From positions 753 through 64,752 of IMG/VR virus record IMGVR_UViG_2765236003_000003: a stretch of DNA of 64,000 nucleotides. One strand, 5' to 3'. The position numbers and the translations under genes were made by a program. The notes under the pieces were generated by a model. The model worked only from the letters and a program-made list of their open reading frames with translations, did not search any database and was not told the origin of the DNA. Positions 28,538 to 35,964 of this stretch are shown piece by piece (position 1 is the first letter of the stretch; each line of letters begins with the position of its first letter). This DNA is from a virus.

Positions 28538-28966
28538 CTACGGGTGCAGGGTGACCAGCAGGCCGATGAGCCAGCGGGGCTGGCCATCGACGAGCGGGGA
28601 CCACAAGAGTGCGCCGGACGGGCGGACGCCACTGATCACCGGCTGTCCGAGGGCATGCGGGGCGTCGGGCAGTTCGGTCGCCGCCGCGGCACAGGCGAGG
28701 ATGATCCGCCGCAGCTCGGCTTGCCCTGGCCAGCCTCCGGGGTCGCCGTACACCTCCAGGGTCACCTCCGGCTCGGTTCCCCACGTCAGGCTGCGCAAGT
28801 CACCGCCGGGTCCGTGGCTGATCCGCAGGTGCGGCCACGGACCCTCGGCAACGCCGGACACACGGCCGGGGCCACCCAGGGCCTCGGCCACGCTGGGGTG
28901 CTTCTGTAGCCAGGGGAGGACAGCCGAAACCGGATCGGCGTCGGCGATGCTGTACGCCGCGGTCAT
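28538..28966 (-). CDS. Tail terminator-like protein
   Basis: Position before major tail gene; size ~142 aa. Confidence 0.65.
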   Translation of the reverse strand: MTAAYSIADADPVSAVLPWLQKHPSVAEALGGPGRVSGVAEGPWPHLRISHGPGGDLRSLTWGTEPEVTLEVYGDPGGWPGQAELRRIILACAAAATELPDAPHALGQPVISGVRPSGALLWSPLVDGQPRWLIGLLVTLHP

Positions 28967-29187
28967 CAGGTTCGGGCGACGTAGCCGGACAGGCGCAGGC
29001 GGCGAGCGTAGTCGGCTGGCACTCGGATCTTGGCGCCGGGTAGGTGGTCGGTGCCGTTGATGCACAGGTGGTTGGAGAGCGTGATGGTCTCCAACCCGGT
29101 GCCTGCGGCGTTGCTGGCGCGAGCGGGCTTGGCCTCGTCGGCTGGAGCGTCAGGTGTGGCGGTCTTGGTGAGGTTCTTGACGGTCAT
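28966..29187 (-). CDS. Small virion-associated protein
   Basis: Likely leaderless after promoter copy 9; PGAKIRVPADYARRLRLSGY. Confidence 0.7.
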   Translation of the reverse strand: MTVKNLTKTATPDAPADEAKPARASNAAGTGLETITLSNHLCINGTDHLPGAKIRVPADYARRLRLSGYVART

Positions 29188-29194
29188 GCCGCGC

Positions 29195-29225
29195 ACTGTG
29201 GAGGGCAGGGCCTGCTTGCGTCGCG
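29195..29225 (-). promoter_or_regulatory. Conserved phage promoter copy 9
   Basis: CGCGAC-gcaagcaggccctgccctc(19)-CACAGT, ATG 7 nt downstream. Confidence 0.75.
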
Positions 29226-29566
29226 TGCACTCGCTGTGGGGCAAATGGCTAACAAGCAGCCTAGGGACTCCGTGTCAGGAGCCCAGTCCGCCCGGCGGTG
29301 GATCGGCCGTCTACACCAGATACAGCAACTGGCCTATTTCACCTACGCGTTTACTAGGTCAAAATGGGATCAGACGGTCTGGCACCTTGACGCCTCCGGA
29401 TAGGATGCCGATGGCGGAAAAGGCGCACGCCACCGCCATGTTATCCGCAGCCGTTAAGGCGTCACACCGTCTGACCTGCGAAAACGCCATTTTGTATATG
29501 TTCGTGACCCCTCCACTGTGGTCGTTGTGCCGGAACGCCGGCACCTCAGACCGGGAGGGACAACGA

Positions 29567-29806
29567 ATGAGTGGCAAGAAGCGCACCCCTGCCAACGGCC
29601 AGAGGGCCGCATGGCGAGAGATCCCCTGGGAGTGGCGCCGTCCTCGGCCTCTGGAGATCACCGGGCTCCTTACAGCCATCCCTCTCGTAGCGGTGGTCGC
29701 CGGATATGTTCCCGAGGGTCCGGCCACGCTCAGCACAGCTGCTGCATTCACTGTGAATAGTCTGGCCACGTTCGTTGCGCGGTGCGTGCGACGCACCCGC
29801 AGCTGA
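29567..29806 (+). CDS. Small 2-TM protein (moron)
   Basis: GGGAGGGA RBS; hydrophobic C-terminal half; followed by hairpin at 29829-29857. Confidence 0.55.
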   Translation: MSGKKRTPANGQRAAWREIPWEWRRPRPLEITGLLTAIPLVAVVAGYVPEGPATLSTAAAFTVNSLATFVARCVRRTRS

Positions 29807-29828
29807 ACCTGGCCGCCCGCACATCGTT

Positions 29829-29857
29829 GTTGACGCCCTCTATGCGGGGGCGTCAAC
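29829..29857. terminator. Hairpin between convergent genes
   Basis: GTTGACGCCC...GGGCGTCAAC stem. Confidence 0.6.
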
Positions 29858-30383
29858 GGCGGGCAGCCACTATGGCGGCGGCACGGGACATGAAGTGGGT
29901 GCCGTCGGCGACGAGACCGCCGGGGTACACGGTGCCGACTTCTGCGTCGACGACCATCGGGGCACGAGCCGTGACCGTCACGGTGACCTTCTTGCCGTTG
30001 ATGATCGGCTGGCCGGTGCTGATGTTCCGGGCGATGCCATCCGGGTCGATCGTCGAGGTGCAGCGGCAGTTCTTCAGGTTCGCGACGGCCCGGGACGACC
30101 CGTCCCGGGGGCGGAGCATGTACGTGCTCGGGCCGACCCCGCGGTGCTTGCGGTCCCAATCCATGGAGTTGATCGTGAACCGCAGGTTGCCGGGTACGAC
30201 TTGGCCCTGCGCGCGGACGTGGGTGGGGCGGACCTCGTCGTCGGCGACCGTGACCCACCGCTTCGTGGGTGGGGCGAGCCGCTTGGCCTCGATCTCCACC
30301 TGGTGTGCGATGCGCTGGACATGCGGGGAGATCATCCGCGCGAGCAGCGACTCAAGTGCGGGGTTCGGGGTGAACTTCGCCAA
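29853..30383 (-). CDS. HK97 gp10-like neck protein with MuF-like insert
   Basis: EAKRLAP and EVGT...HFMSRAA flank WVTVADDEVRPTH...NCRC. Confidence 0.65.
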   Translation of the reverse strand: MAKFTPNPALESLLARMISPHVQRIAHQVEIEAKRLAPPTKRWVTVADDEVRPTHVRAQGQVVPGNLRFTINSMDWDRKHRGVGPSTYMLRPRDGSSRAVANLKNCRCTSTIDPDGIARNISTGQPIINGKKVTVTVTARAPMVVDAEVGTVYPGGLVADGTHFMSRAAAIVAARR

Positions 30384-30384
30384 C

Positions 30385-30717
30385 TCAGGGAACCTCCGGA
30401 GGGTTTCGGGTGCCGGCGGCCTGGACGTAGTCGACTGCCGGACAGCCGGGGACCTGGTGGAGGCGGGCAGTGGTGATGGTCCACTTCATCCCGGTCTCGT
30501 CGCCGACGACATCGCCGGACTCCACCGGCCAGGCCGCCGGGTCCAGGCGCAGAGACCAGGTGTCGTCCGGCTGCTCCAGCGCCGAGCCGGGCCAGGTCCC
30601 GCGCGGCTCCGGCTGCTGATTCGGGTCCGGCGGTACCGGGACGCCATTCGCGTCTCGGGCCCACGGGTGCTCGAGCGCGTACAGCGTCAGCATCCGGGTG
30701 GCCAGGACTACGGCCAC
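30385..30717 (-). CDS. Head closure protein-like
   Basis: RDANGVPV, GDVVGD; position after head-tail adaptor. Confidence 0.65.
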   Translation of the reverse strand: MAVVLATRMLTLYALEHPWARDANGVPVPPDPNQQPEPRGTWPGSALEQPDDTWSLRLDPAAWPVESGDVVGDETGMKWTITTARLHQVPGCPAVDYVQAAGTRNPPEVP

Positions 30718-30722
30718 GGCAT

Positions 30723-31358
30723 TCAGCCCCTCCCTGGAGTGACGAGGGCCTGCCGAATGCCCGTGGTTACCGCGGTGATGTACGTCGAGAACGCGTCCGT
30801 GGTGTTCTTCCTGTTCGCGCGGCTCATGTCGCCGCCCTCGAAGAACGCCGTGCGTTGCGCGTTGGTGAGTTCGAGCTGCACGCCCATGCGGCGGGTGCCC
30901 TTGTTCGCGATGTTCGCCGGGTCGTTCCCGTTGAGGTCTTCGGCTGCCACGCTGACGGCGAAGCCTGCAGTGGCCAGGGCCTCGCCGATCTGGTCGCGCA
31001 GGTTGTAGTCGAGGCCACCGAGGTACGTCATGGCGGAGGTGCCGGCCGCGCCGTGCCACGACACGATGTGGCTCGCGGCTTTCGCCATCGCCAGGCCCTG
31101 TGGCTCGTCGAACCGCGTCGACGTGATGTGCAACTCCGCGTTGGTTCCTGCCTCTTTGAAGCCGTCGAGGGTGTAGAAGTCGTGGACGTCGCCTGCGGCT
31201 GCGTCGGCGAGTTCAGTGGTGCCTTGCTCGATCCCTCCGCCGTGGATCGCGATGTGCAGCAGGCTGGAGAACGCGGAGGTGCGCCACGTCCGCTGGTAGT
31301 GGATGCCCTCGATCTGGCCGCTCGCCAGTTCCGCGTACGACTGGTACAGGTCGCCCAT
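30723..31358 (-). CDS. Poly-gamma-glutamate hydrolase (PghP/DUF867 family)
   Basis: IAIHGGGIEQGTTELA, LHITSTRFDEP, SWHG, GVQLEL. Confidence 0.9.
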   Translation of the reverse strand: MGDLYQSYAELASGQIEGIHYQRTWRTSAFSSLLHIAIHGGGIEQGTTELADAAAGDVHDFYTLDGFKEAGTNAELHITSTRFDEPQGLAMAKAASHIVSWHGAAGTSAMTYLGGLDYNLRDQIGEALATAGFAVSVAAEDLNGNDPANIANKGTRRMGVQLELTNAQRTAFFEGGDMSRANRKNTTDAFSTYITAVTTGIRQALVTPGRG

Positions 31359-31378
31359 GGGGCCCGTTCCTCCTCGGG

Positions 31379-32242
31379 TCAGTGCCAGCGCCGCGTGCGG
31401 CTGGACGAGTACGGCCAGGGGGCGCGCGGTGGGCGGGACAGGGGCTGGAACACGAGGCGGCGTAGCCGGTTGAGGCTGTTGATCGTGGGGAGGGCGCCTG
31501 CTTGCCCGGTGGTGGGGGCGGAGTCGTAGGAGATGGACTGGCCTTCGGCGCTGACCGAGGAGACTCGGCGGCCGGGTCCGGTGGTCTGGTCGGGGCGCTG
31601 TCGTACGGACTCGGCGGCGTGCGCGACGACGTACCGCACCACCGTCTCCTCTTTGGCGGCGTTGAGCCCCACAAGGAGGTCCACGTCGTACGTGCCGTCA
31701 TCGTTGGCCCGGTAGGAGACCACTTCGGCGATGTCGTCTAGGTCGAGGGGCCAGGTGTCTACGTCGTCGAGCGCGTCTGTCCAGCGGGGCGTGAGGCCGC
31801 GCAGGGTGGTCGCGGTCGGCACCAGGGAGCGGTTGAGGTAAGCGGCGACGTCGGCCTGAGCGTTACGGATCTCCTGCTCGTAGGTGCTGCGCTGGGCGGA
31901 GGTGAGCGGCAGTGGGACGCCCAGGGCGTCGGCGACCGCTTCGGCCGACCCGACCAGCCCCTGGTCGGTGGGCAGGTCGAGGCGCACCGATGTGTCTGTG
32001 ACGGGCTGGGCGGCCGAGTTCGGGGTGAAGGTGACTGCACCCCAGTACCGGCCTGGCGGGACGGTCGGCAGATCGAACCGGTACACCCCGGGGTGGAGTC
32101 GGGCGGCGGGTGCGGCCGACGCGACCACCGGCCCGTCGCGCTCGGGCGTGGCGTACAGGTCGAGGCGTGTCACCTCGCCGCCGGCGGGGGCCGGGTCGTA
32201 GTGCGCCCCGGCCCGCATGGGCTTGTGGTCGTAGACCGACAC
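31379..32242 (-). CDS. Head-tail adaptor with N-terminal extension
   Basis: AQADVAAYLNR...VSSVSAEGQSISY. Confidence 0.7.
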   Translation of the reverse strand: MSVYDHKPMRAGAHYDPAPAGGEVTRLDLYATPERDGPVVASAAPAARLHPGVYRFDLPTVPPGRYWGAVTFTPNSAAQPVTDTSVRLDLPTDQGLVGSAEAVADALGVPLPLTSAQRSTYEQEIRNAQADVAAYLNRSLVPTATTLRGLTPRWTDALDDVDTWPLDLDDIAEVVSYRANDDGTYDVDLLVGLNAAKEETVVRYVVAHAAESVRQRPDQTTGPGRRVSSVSAEGQSISYDSAPTTGQAGALPTINSLNRLRRLVFQPLSRPPRAPWPYSSSRTRRWH

Positions 32243-32253
32243 CCCTGTCTCCC

Positions 32254-32727
32254 TTACTGGTTGTCGGTGCGCGCGGCCTGCGCGATGAGGCGTTCACGGA
32301 TGCGGGCCGCGATGCCCTCGGACACCACCGCTCCCTTGGGCTGGAGGAGCCGGGTGACGGGGTTGCGGTGCGGGCCGAGGAACGTGCGCTCCACCAATCG
32401 GACCGTGCACTGGAGGGTCGAGCCGAACGGGGTGAGCGGCACGAACACCTCGTCGAGGTTGGCGGGCGGCTGCCCGGTTGCGTCGTCGAGGATGACGTCA
32501 GCCAAGTTCTCCTCGTCGGGGATGACCTCGGTCGGCGTGACGTACGGGCTCGGCGCCGGGGGCTCGGGGGCCGCGTCGACGCGCGGCGGCTCCAGCGGGG
32601 CGGCCTCCGGCGCCGCGGGAGCGGAGTCGGCTTCGGCTGCCCTGCTCTCGGGGGCGGTTGCTTCGGCTGGGGTCTCCTCGGCGACCACCTTCGCGGCGGT
32701 TTTCCGGGCGCGGGTAGTGCTGGCCAT
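32254..32727 (-). CDS. Hypothetical virion-associated protein
   Basis: GAGGAG RBS; follows promoter copy 10. Confidence 0.75.
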   Translation of the reverse strand: MASTTRARKTAAKVVAEETPAEATAPESRAAEADSAPAAPEAAPLEPPRVDAAPEPPAPSPYVTPTEVIPDEENLADVILDDATGQPPANLDEVFVPLTPFGSTLQCTVRLVERTFLGPHRNPVTRLLQPKGAVVSEGIAARIRERLIAQAARTDNQ

Positions 32728-32764
32728 GCGTGGCTCCTCAAGCGGTGTCGGTCCAATCGCGCGC

Positions 32765-32795
32765 AGCCTGCACAAGGGGATCGGCTTGTGTCGCG
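32765..32795 (-). promoter_or_regulatory. Conserved phage promoter copy 10
   Basis: CGCGAC-acaagccgatccccttgtg(19)-CAGGCT. Confidence 0.75.
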
Positions 32796-32852
32796 CGGTG
32801 CTTGGGCAACAGCGCAGGGGCCCACACACCAGGTGAGCCCCCGTCACTCCGG

Positions 32853-33329
32853 TCAGCCCCCGGTCGGAGCCTCGTATGTGAAGCCGTTGGCCTTGGAGAC
32901 CGTGCCGCTTTCGCCGGCGAGTTCGACGGTGACGGGCCCGTCCTCGCCCGCAGGCGCCTTCACTGTCAGCTCACCCGCCGAGCGGATGCGGAGGTCGGTG
33001 CCGGCACTCCCGCCGAAGCTGACCGCGGAGATCCCGTCGAGGTTGCCGCCCTTGATCGTGACCGTGGTGCCGCCTGCTGCCGGGCCCTTGACGGGGGTGA
33101 TGCTGATGATGGTCGCGGCGGTGAACAGGCGATCGATGGCGGAGCGCAGGACGATCGTCCCGGCCGGGTAGAACAGAAAGCGCTTGGAGCCTTCCGGCTG
33201 CCCGTCGCCGCGCCCGTACGGCTCAGAGATATAGACGTCTTCGCTGACCCGAACAGGCGGATCGTCGAGTGCGGCCGCGGGGAACGCCGCCTTTGTGATG
33301 CGGGTGCCATCCTGGCGATAGAGACCCAT
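32853..33329 (-). CDS. IPT/TIG (Ig-like) domain virion protein
   Basis: SITPVKGPAAGGTTVTIKGGNL...VSFGG...GFTYE. Confidence 0.85.
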   Translation of the reverse strand: MGLYRQDGTRITKAAFPAAALDDPPVRVSEDVYISEPYGRGDGQPEGSKRFLFYPAGTIVLRSAIDRLFTAATIISITPVKGPAAGGTTVTIKGGNLDGISAVSFGGSAGTDLRIRSAGELTVKAPAGEDGPVTVELAGESGTVSKANGFTYEAPTGG

Positions 33330-33361
33330 GGTGCCCTTCCTGCGAATCTGGTGGTCGGCGA

Positions 33362-33392
33362 AGGATGCGTCGCGGCGCAGGCTTGGGTCTCG
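33362..33392 (-). promoter_or_regulatory. Conserved phage promoter copy 11
   Basis: CGAGAC-ccaagcctgcgccgcgacg(19)-CATCCT. Confidence 0.65.
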
Positions 33393-33475
33393 TCCTGGGC
33401 GCTCGGGTGCCCACTTGCGTGGTGGCACGGACGTGCCACCACCGCTAAGCCGGCATTACGGCATGATCACCAGCC

Positions 33476-34336
33476 ATGGACCTTCAAGGCATAGGCGCCA
33501 TCACTTCCGCCGCCGTCGCCCTCGTCGGCATCCCCGCGGCCGTCCTCGTCGGCCGCTGGAACGCTCGCGCCATCCGCGAACAGGCAGACGCCGCCTTGAC
33601 CGCGGCGCAGGACCAGGCGCGCACCAATCACGAGCAGTGGCGCCGTCAGTTGCGCCGCGACGCGTACGCAGACTTCCTGAGAGCCGCTGGGGAGGTCATA
33701 CGAATCGATATACATAACCGTCAACGGAGCTTCAGCACCGACGACATCGACAGGTCGCTAGACACCCTGCGATCGGCCCTCGACGTCATCATGCTCGAAG
33801 GCCCTGACGAACTCGCGATCCTGGCTGCTCGGGTACACAACAGCCTCCGCTCCCTGGCCAACTACGCCATTAATCAGGCCCCCTACGAGCAGGCCCAGCG
33901 CATTCTCCATACCGCCATGGCTGACGAAAGCCCTGAACAGGTCGCGGACCCGTCGTCTCCGCTGAATCGTGCCAGAACAGCCCAGGCGGCCCTAGAGGAA
34001 CTGAGCAATGCTGCATCCTGGTACGGGGCCGACGAGGAACCTTTCGAGAATTCCCGTCGCCGCGCTCACGACATCCTGTGCGCTTCCGGCCTGTTCACAC
34101 CAGACCAGCGGGAAGCGCTCCTATACCGCATTTCAGGCCGCGCGTTGCTCCTAGCTGCGATGACGCAGGGAGAAGAGGACAACGAGGCGAACCCGCACGT
34201 GATCGCCTGGCGCAGGTGGCAGCACTTCATTTCAGGGGAGTACGTAGACCTGGAACCGGTCGTTTGGCGCGACTGGCAGCGGTTCGTTTCAGCGGCCAAT
34301 GCAGTCTTGGACGGCCGCCCCATACCGGACGACTGA
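33476..34336 (+). CDS. Single-TM hypothetical protein (moron)
   Basis: N-terminal TM; RRDAYADFL motif; antisense within head operon. Confidence 0.75.
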   Translation: MDLQGIGAITSAAVALVGIPAAVLVGRWNARAIREQADAALTAAQDQARTNHEQWRRQLRRDAYADFLRAAGEVIRIDIHNRQRSFSTDDIDRSLDTLRSALDVIMLEGPDELAILAARVHNSLRSLANYAINQAPYEQAQRILHTAMADESPEQVADPSSPLNRARTAQAALEELSNAASWYGADEEPFENSRRRAHDILCASGLFTPDQREALLYRISGRALLLAAMTQGEEDNEANPHVIAWRRWQHFISGEYVDLEPVVWRDWQRFVSAANAVLDGRPIPDD

Positions 34337-34363
34337 CTCGGCGACGACGATAGACCCAAGTGA

Positions 34364-34393
34364 GTAGGCGCCGCATGCGGTTGCGGCGCCTAC
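34364..34393. terminator. Bidirectional terminator after major capsid gene
   Basis: 12-bp stem GTAGGCGCCGCA/TGCGGCGCCTAC. Confidence 0.75.
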
Positions 34394-34411
34394 CTAGCCA
34401 ATGCGTCCTGT

Positions 34412-35728
34412 TCAGCCGGTCGGCTGGGTCCACGTCCCGATCACGAAGCTCTCGGGCCTCGGTACCTCCAAGGCAACGCGCTCATCTGCTCGGAAAGTGA
34501 TCAGGCCCTTCTCGAAGTTGTCCGCGTTTTCGGAGGACACGGTGACGCTGACGTTCTCCCTGTCGTGGAGCTGGGCACCCAGGCCGAAAGCGCCGACGAG
34601 GAAGTTGTCATCCGCCATGGCCGTGGTTTCGACGACGTTCAGGCGCCAGACTTGCTTCTTGGCGCCGACTGCGATCTGCAGGGCGACGCGGAACGCGCCG
34701 GTCTTGTCCTCCTCAACCTCGACGTGCTCCCACATCGTCGGGGACAAGACGATGCCGGTCGGGTCGTACTCCGCGAGCAGCGCCTTGGTGATCGAGCGGC
34801 GGATCTGGACGCTGTACTGGTCGGTGTTCAACCCCGTGTACTGCTGTACGCCAGGGGTGTTGAAGATGCCGGTAAGGCTCTGGCCGTCACCGACGGAGTG
34901 TAGGAGGTCCCAGTCTTCCTGGTACTTGACCCCTTCGATCATCCGGGTGTTGATGAAGGTCTTCAGGCGCGGCTCGTCGCTGAGGATGTTCTTGTGCGCG
35001 TCGAGCAGGTGCGCGATCTCGCTCACCGGGTACATCACCGGGACGAGCGAGAGCTTCGAGCGGGGCGCACGGCCCCAGGTGTCGGTGTCCGCGCCGGTCG
35101 CCGGGCTGGTGCCGTCGGCTCCGTAACGTTCCTTCACCTGCTTGGCGTTATTGGTCCAGCCGGTCTCTCGGGCGCCGTAGAGCACGGCCTGCTTCGTGGA
35201 GGACTTCGGGAACAGATCGCGGATGTGGAACTTCCTGTACTCACGCTCCGCGATCCCGAGGTTCTGCGCAGAACCGAGCGTCTGGTGCGTGACCGTGCCC
35301 GCCGACAGGGAGAAGATGGACTTCCCCTCCATTTCGGCGCGGACGTACGGGCGGTCTCGGAACCCGGCCTGGGCGGCGTTCTTGTACGCGTCGGACTCGA
35401 CGAACAGGTCACCGAGGCTCTTGCCCTCCATGGGGCCCTGCGGCTTCTGCCCGTAGTGCTGGCCTGCGGCGGGTACGGAGTCGGGCTCGGCGAGGTACTG
35501 CTTGACCTGGCTCATGCCCTCGGCGTCAGCAATGAGCTGCTTGAGCTCCATTGCTTCGGCAGACACCTTCTTGAAGGCGGCGGCCTGCTCTGTACTGACG
35601 ACGAAGCCGCCGTTGTCCTCGACCTTGAAGGTCTGCGAGATCCGCTCGGCTTCGGCGGACTTCTCTGCGAGCTGGGCCTTGAGGCTCCTGACCAGACCCT
35701 TGTTCTCCGAGATGACGGGGGTGCTCAC
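34412..35728 (-). CDS. Major capsid protein, HK97 fold
   Basis: Coiled-coil delta domain; IAHLL...LSDEPRLKTFIN; FEKGLITFRADERVALEVPRPESFV. Confidence 0.95.
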   Translation of the reverse strand: MSTPVISENKGLVRSLKAQLAEKSAEAERISQTFKVEDNGGFVVSTEQAAAFKKVSAEAMELKQLIADAEGMSQVKQYLAEPDSVPAAGQHYGQKPQGPMEGKSLGDLFVESDAYKNAAQAGFRDRPYVRAEMEGKSIFSLSAGTVTHQTLGSAQNLGIAEREYRKFHIRDLFPKSSTKQAVLYGARETGWTNNAKQVKERYGADGTSPATGADTDTWGRAPRSKLSLVPVMYPVSEIAHLLDAHKNILSDEPRLKTFINTRMIEGVKYQEDWDLLHSVGDGQSLTGIFNTPGVQQYTGLNTDQYSVQIRRSITKALLAEYDPTGIVLSPTMWEHVEVEEDKTGAFRVALQIAVGAKKQVWRLNVVETTAMADDNFLVGAFGLGAQLHDRENVSVTVSSENADNFEKGLITFRADERVALEVPRPESFVIGTWTQPTG

Positions 35729-35810
35729 GGTGTGCTCTCTCCACGTGCTGGGTGCGGTTGACATGCGTCGCTCGCCCGGCCAGCACCGGGACGACCCGAC
35801 AACGCGGGGC

Positions 35811-35841
35811 ATTTGAGTGAGCGGGGGTGGTTAACGTCGCG
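35811..35841 (-). promoter_or_regulatory. Conserved phage promoter copy 12 (capsid)
   Basis: CGCGAC-gttaaccacccccgctcac(19)-TCAAAT. Confidence 0.7.
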
Positions 35842-35964
35842 TGCTGCCATTCCCCACCTGTCAAGGGAAGGCAGCACACGGACTCTGACCTGCTGTTTTG
35901 TTGTGGATAGCGGGATGGTGGGCGCGGGGGTGACCTGCGGGAGTAGTAGGGCTGAGTCGCGGGG

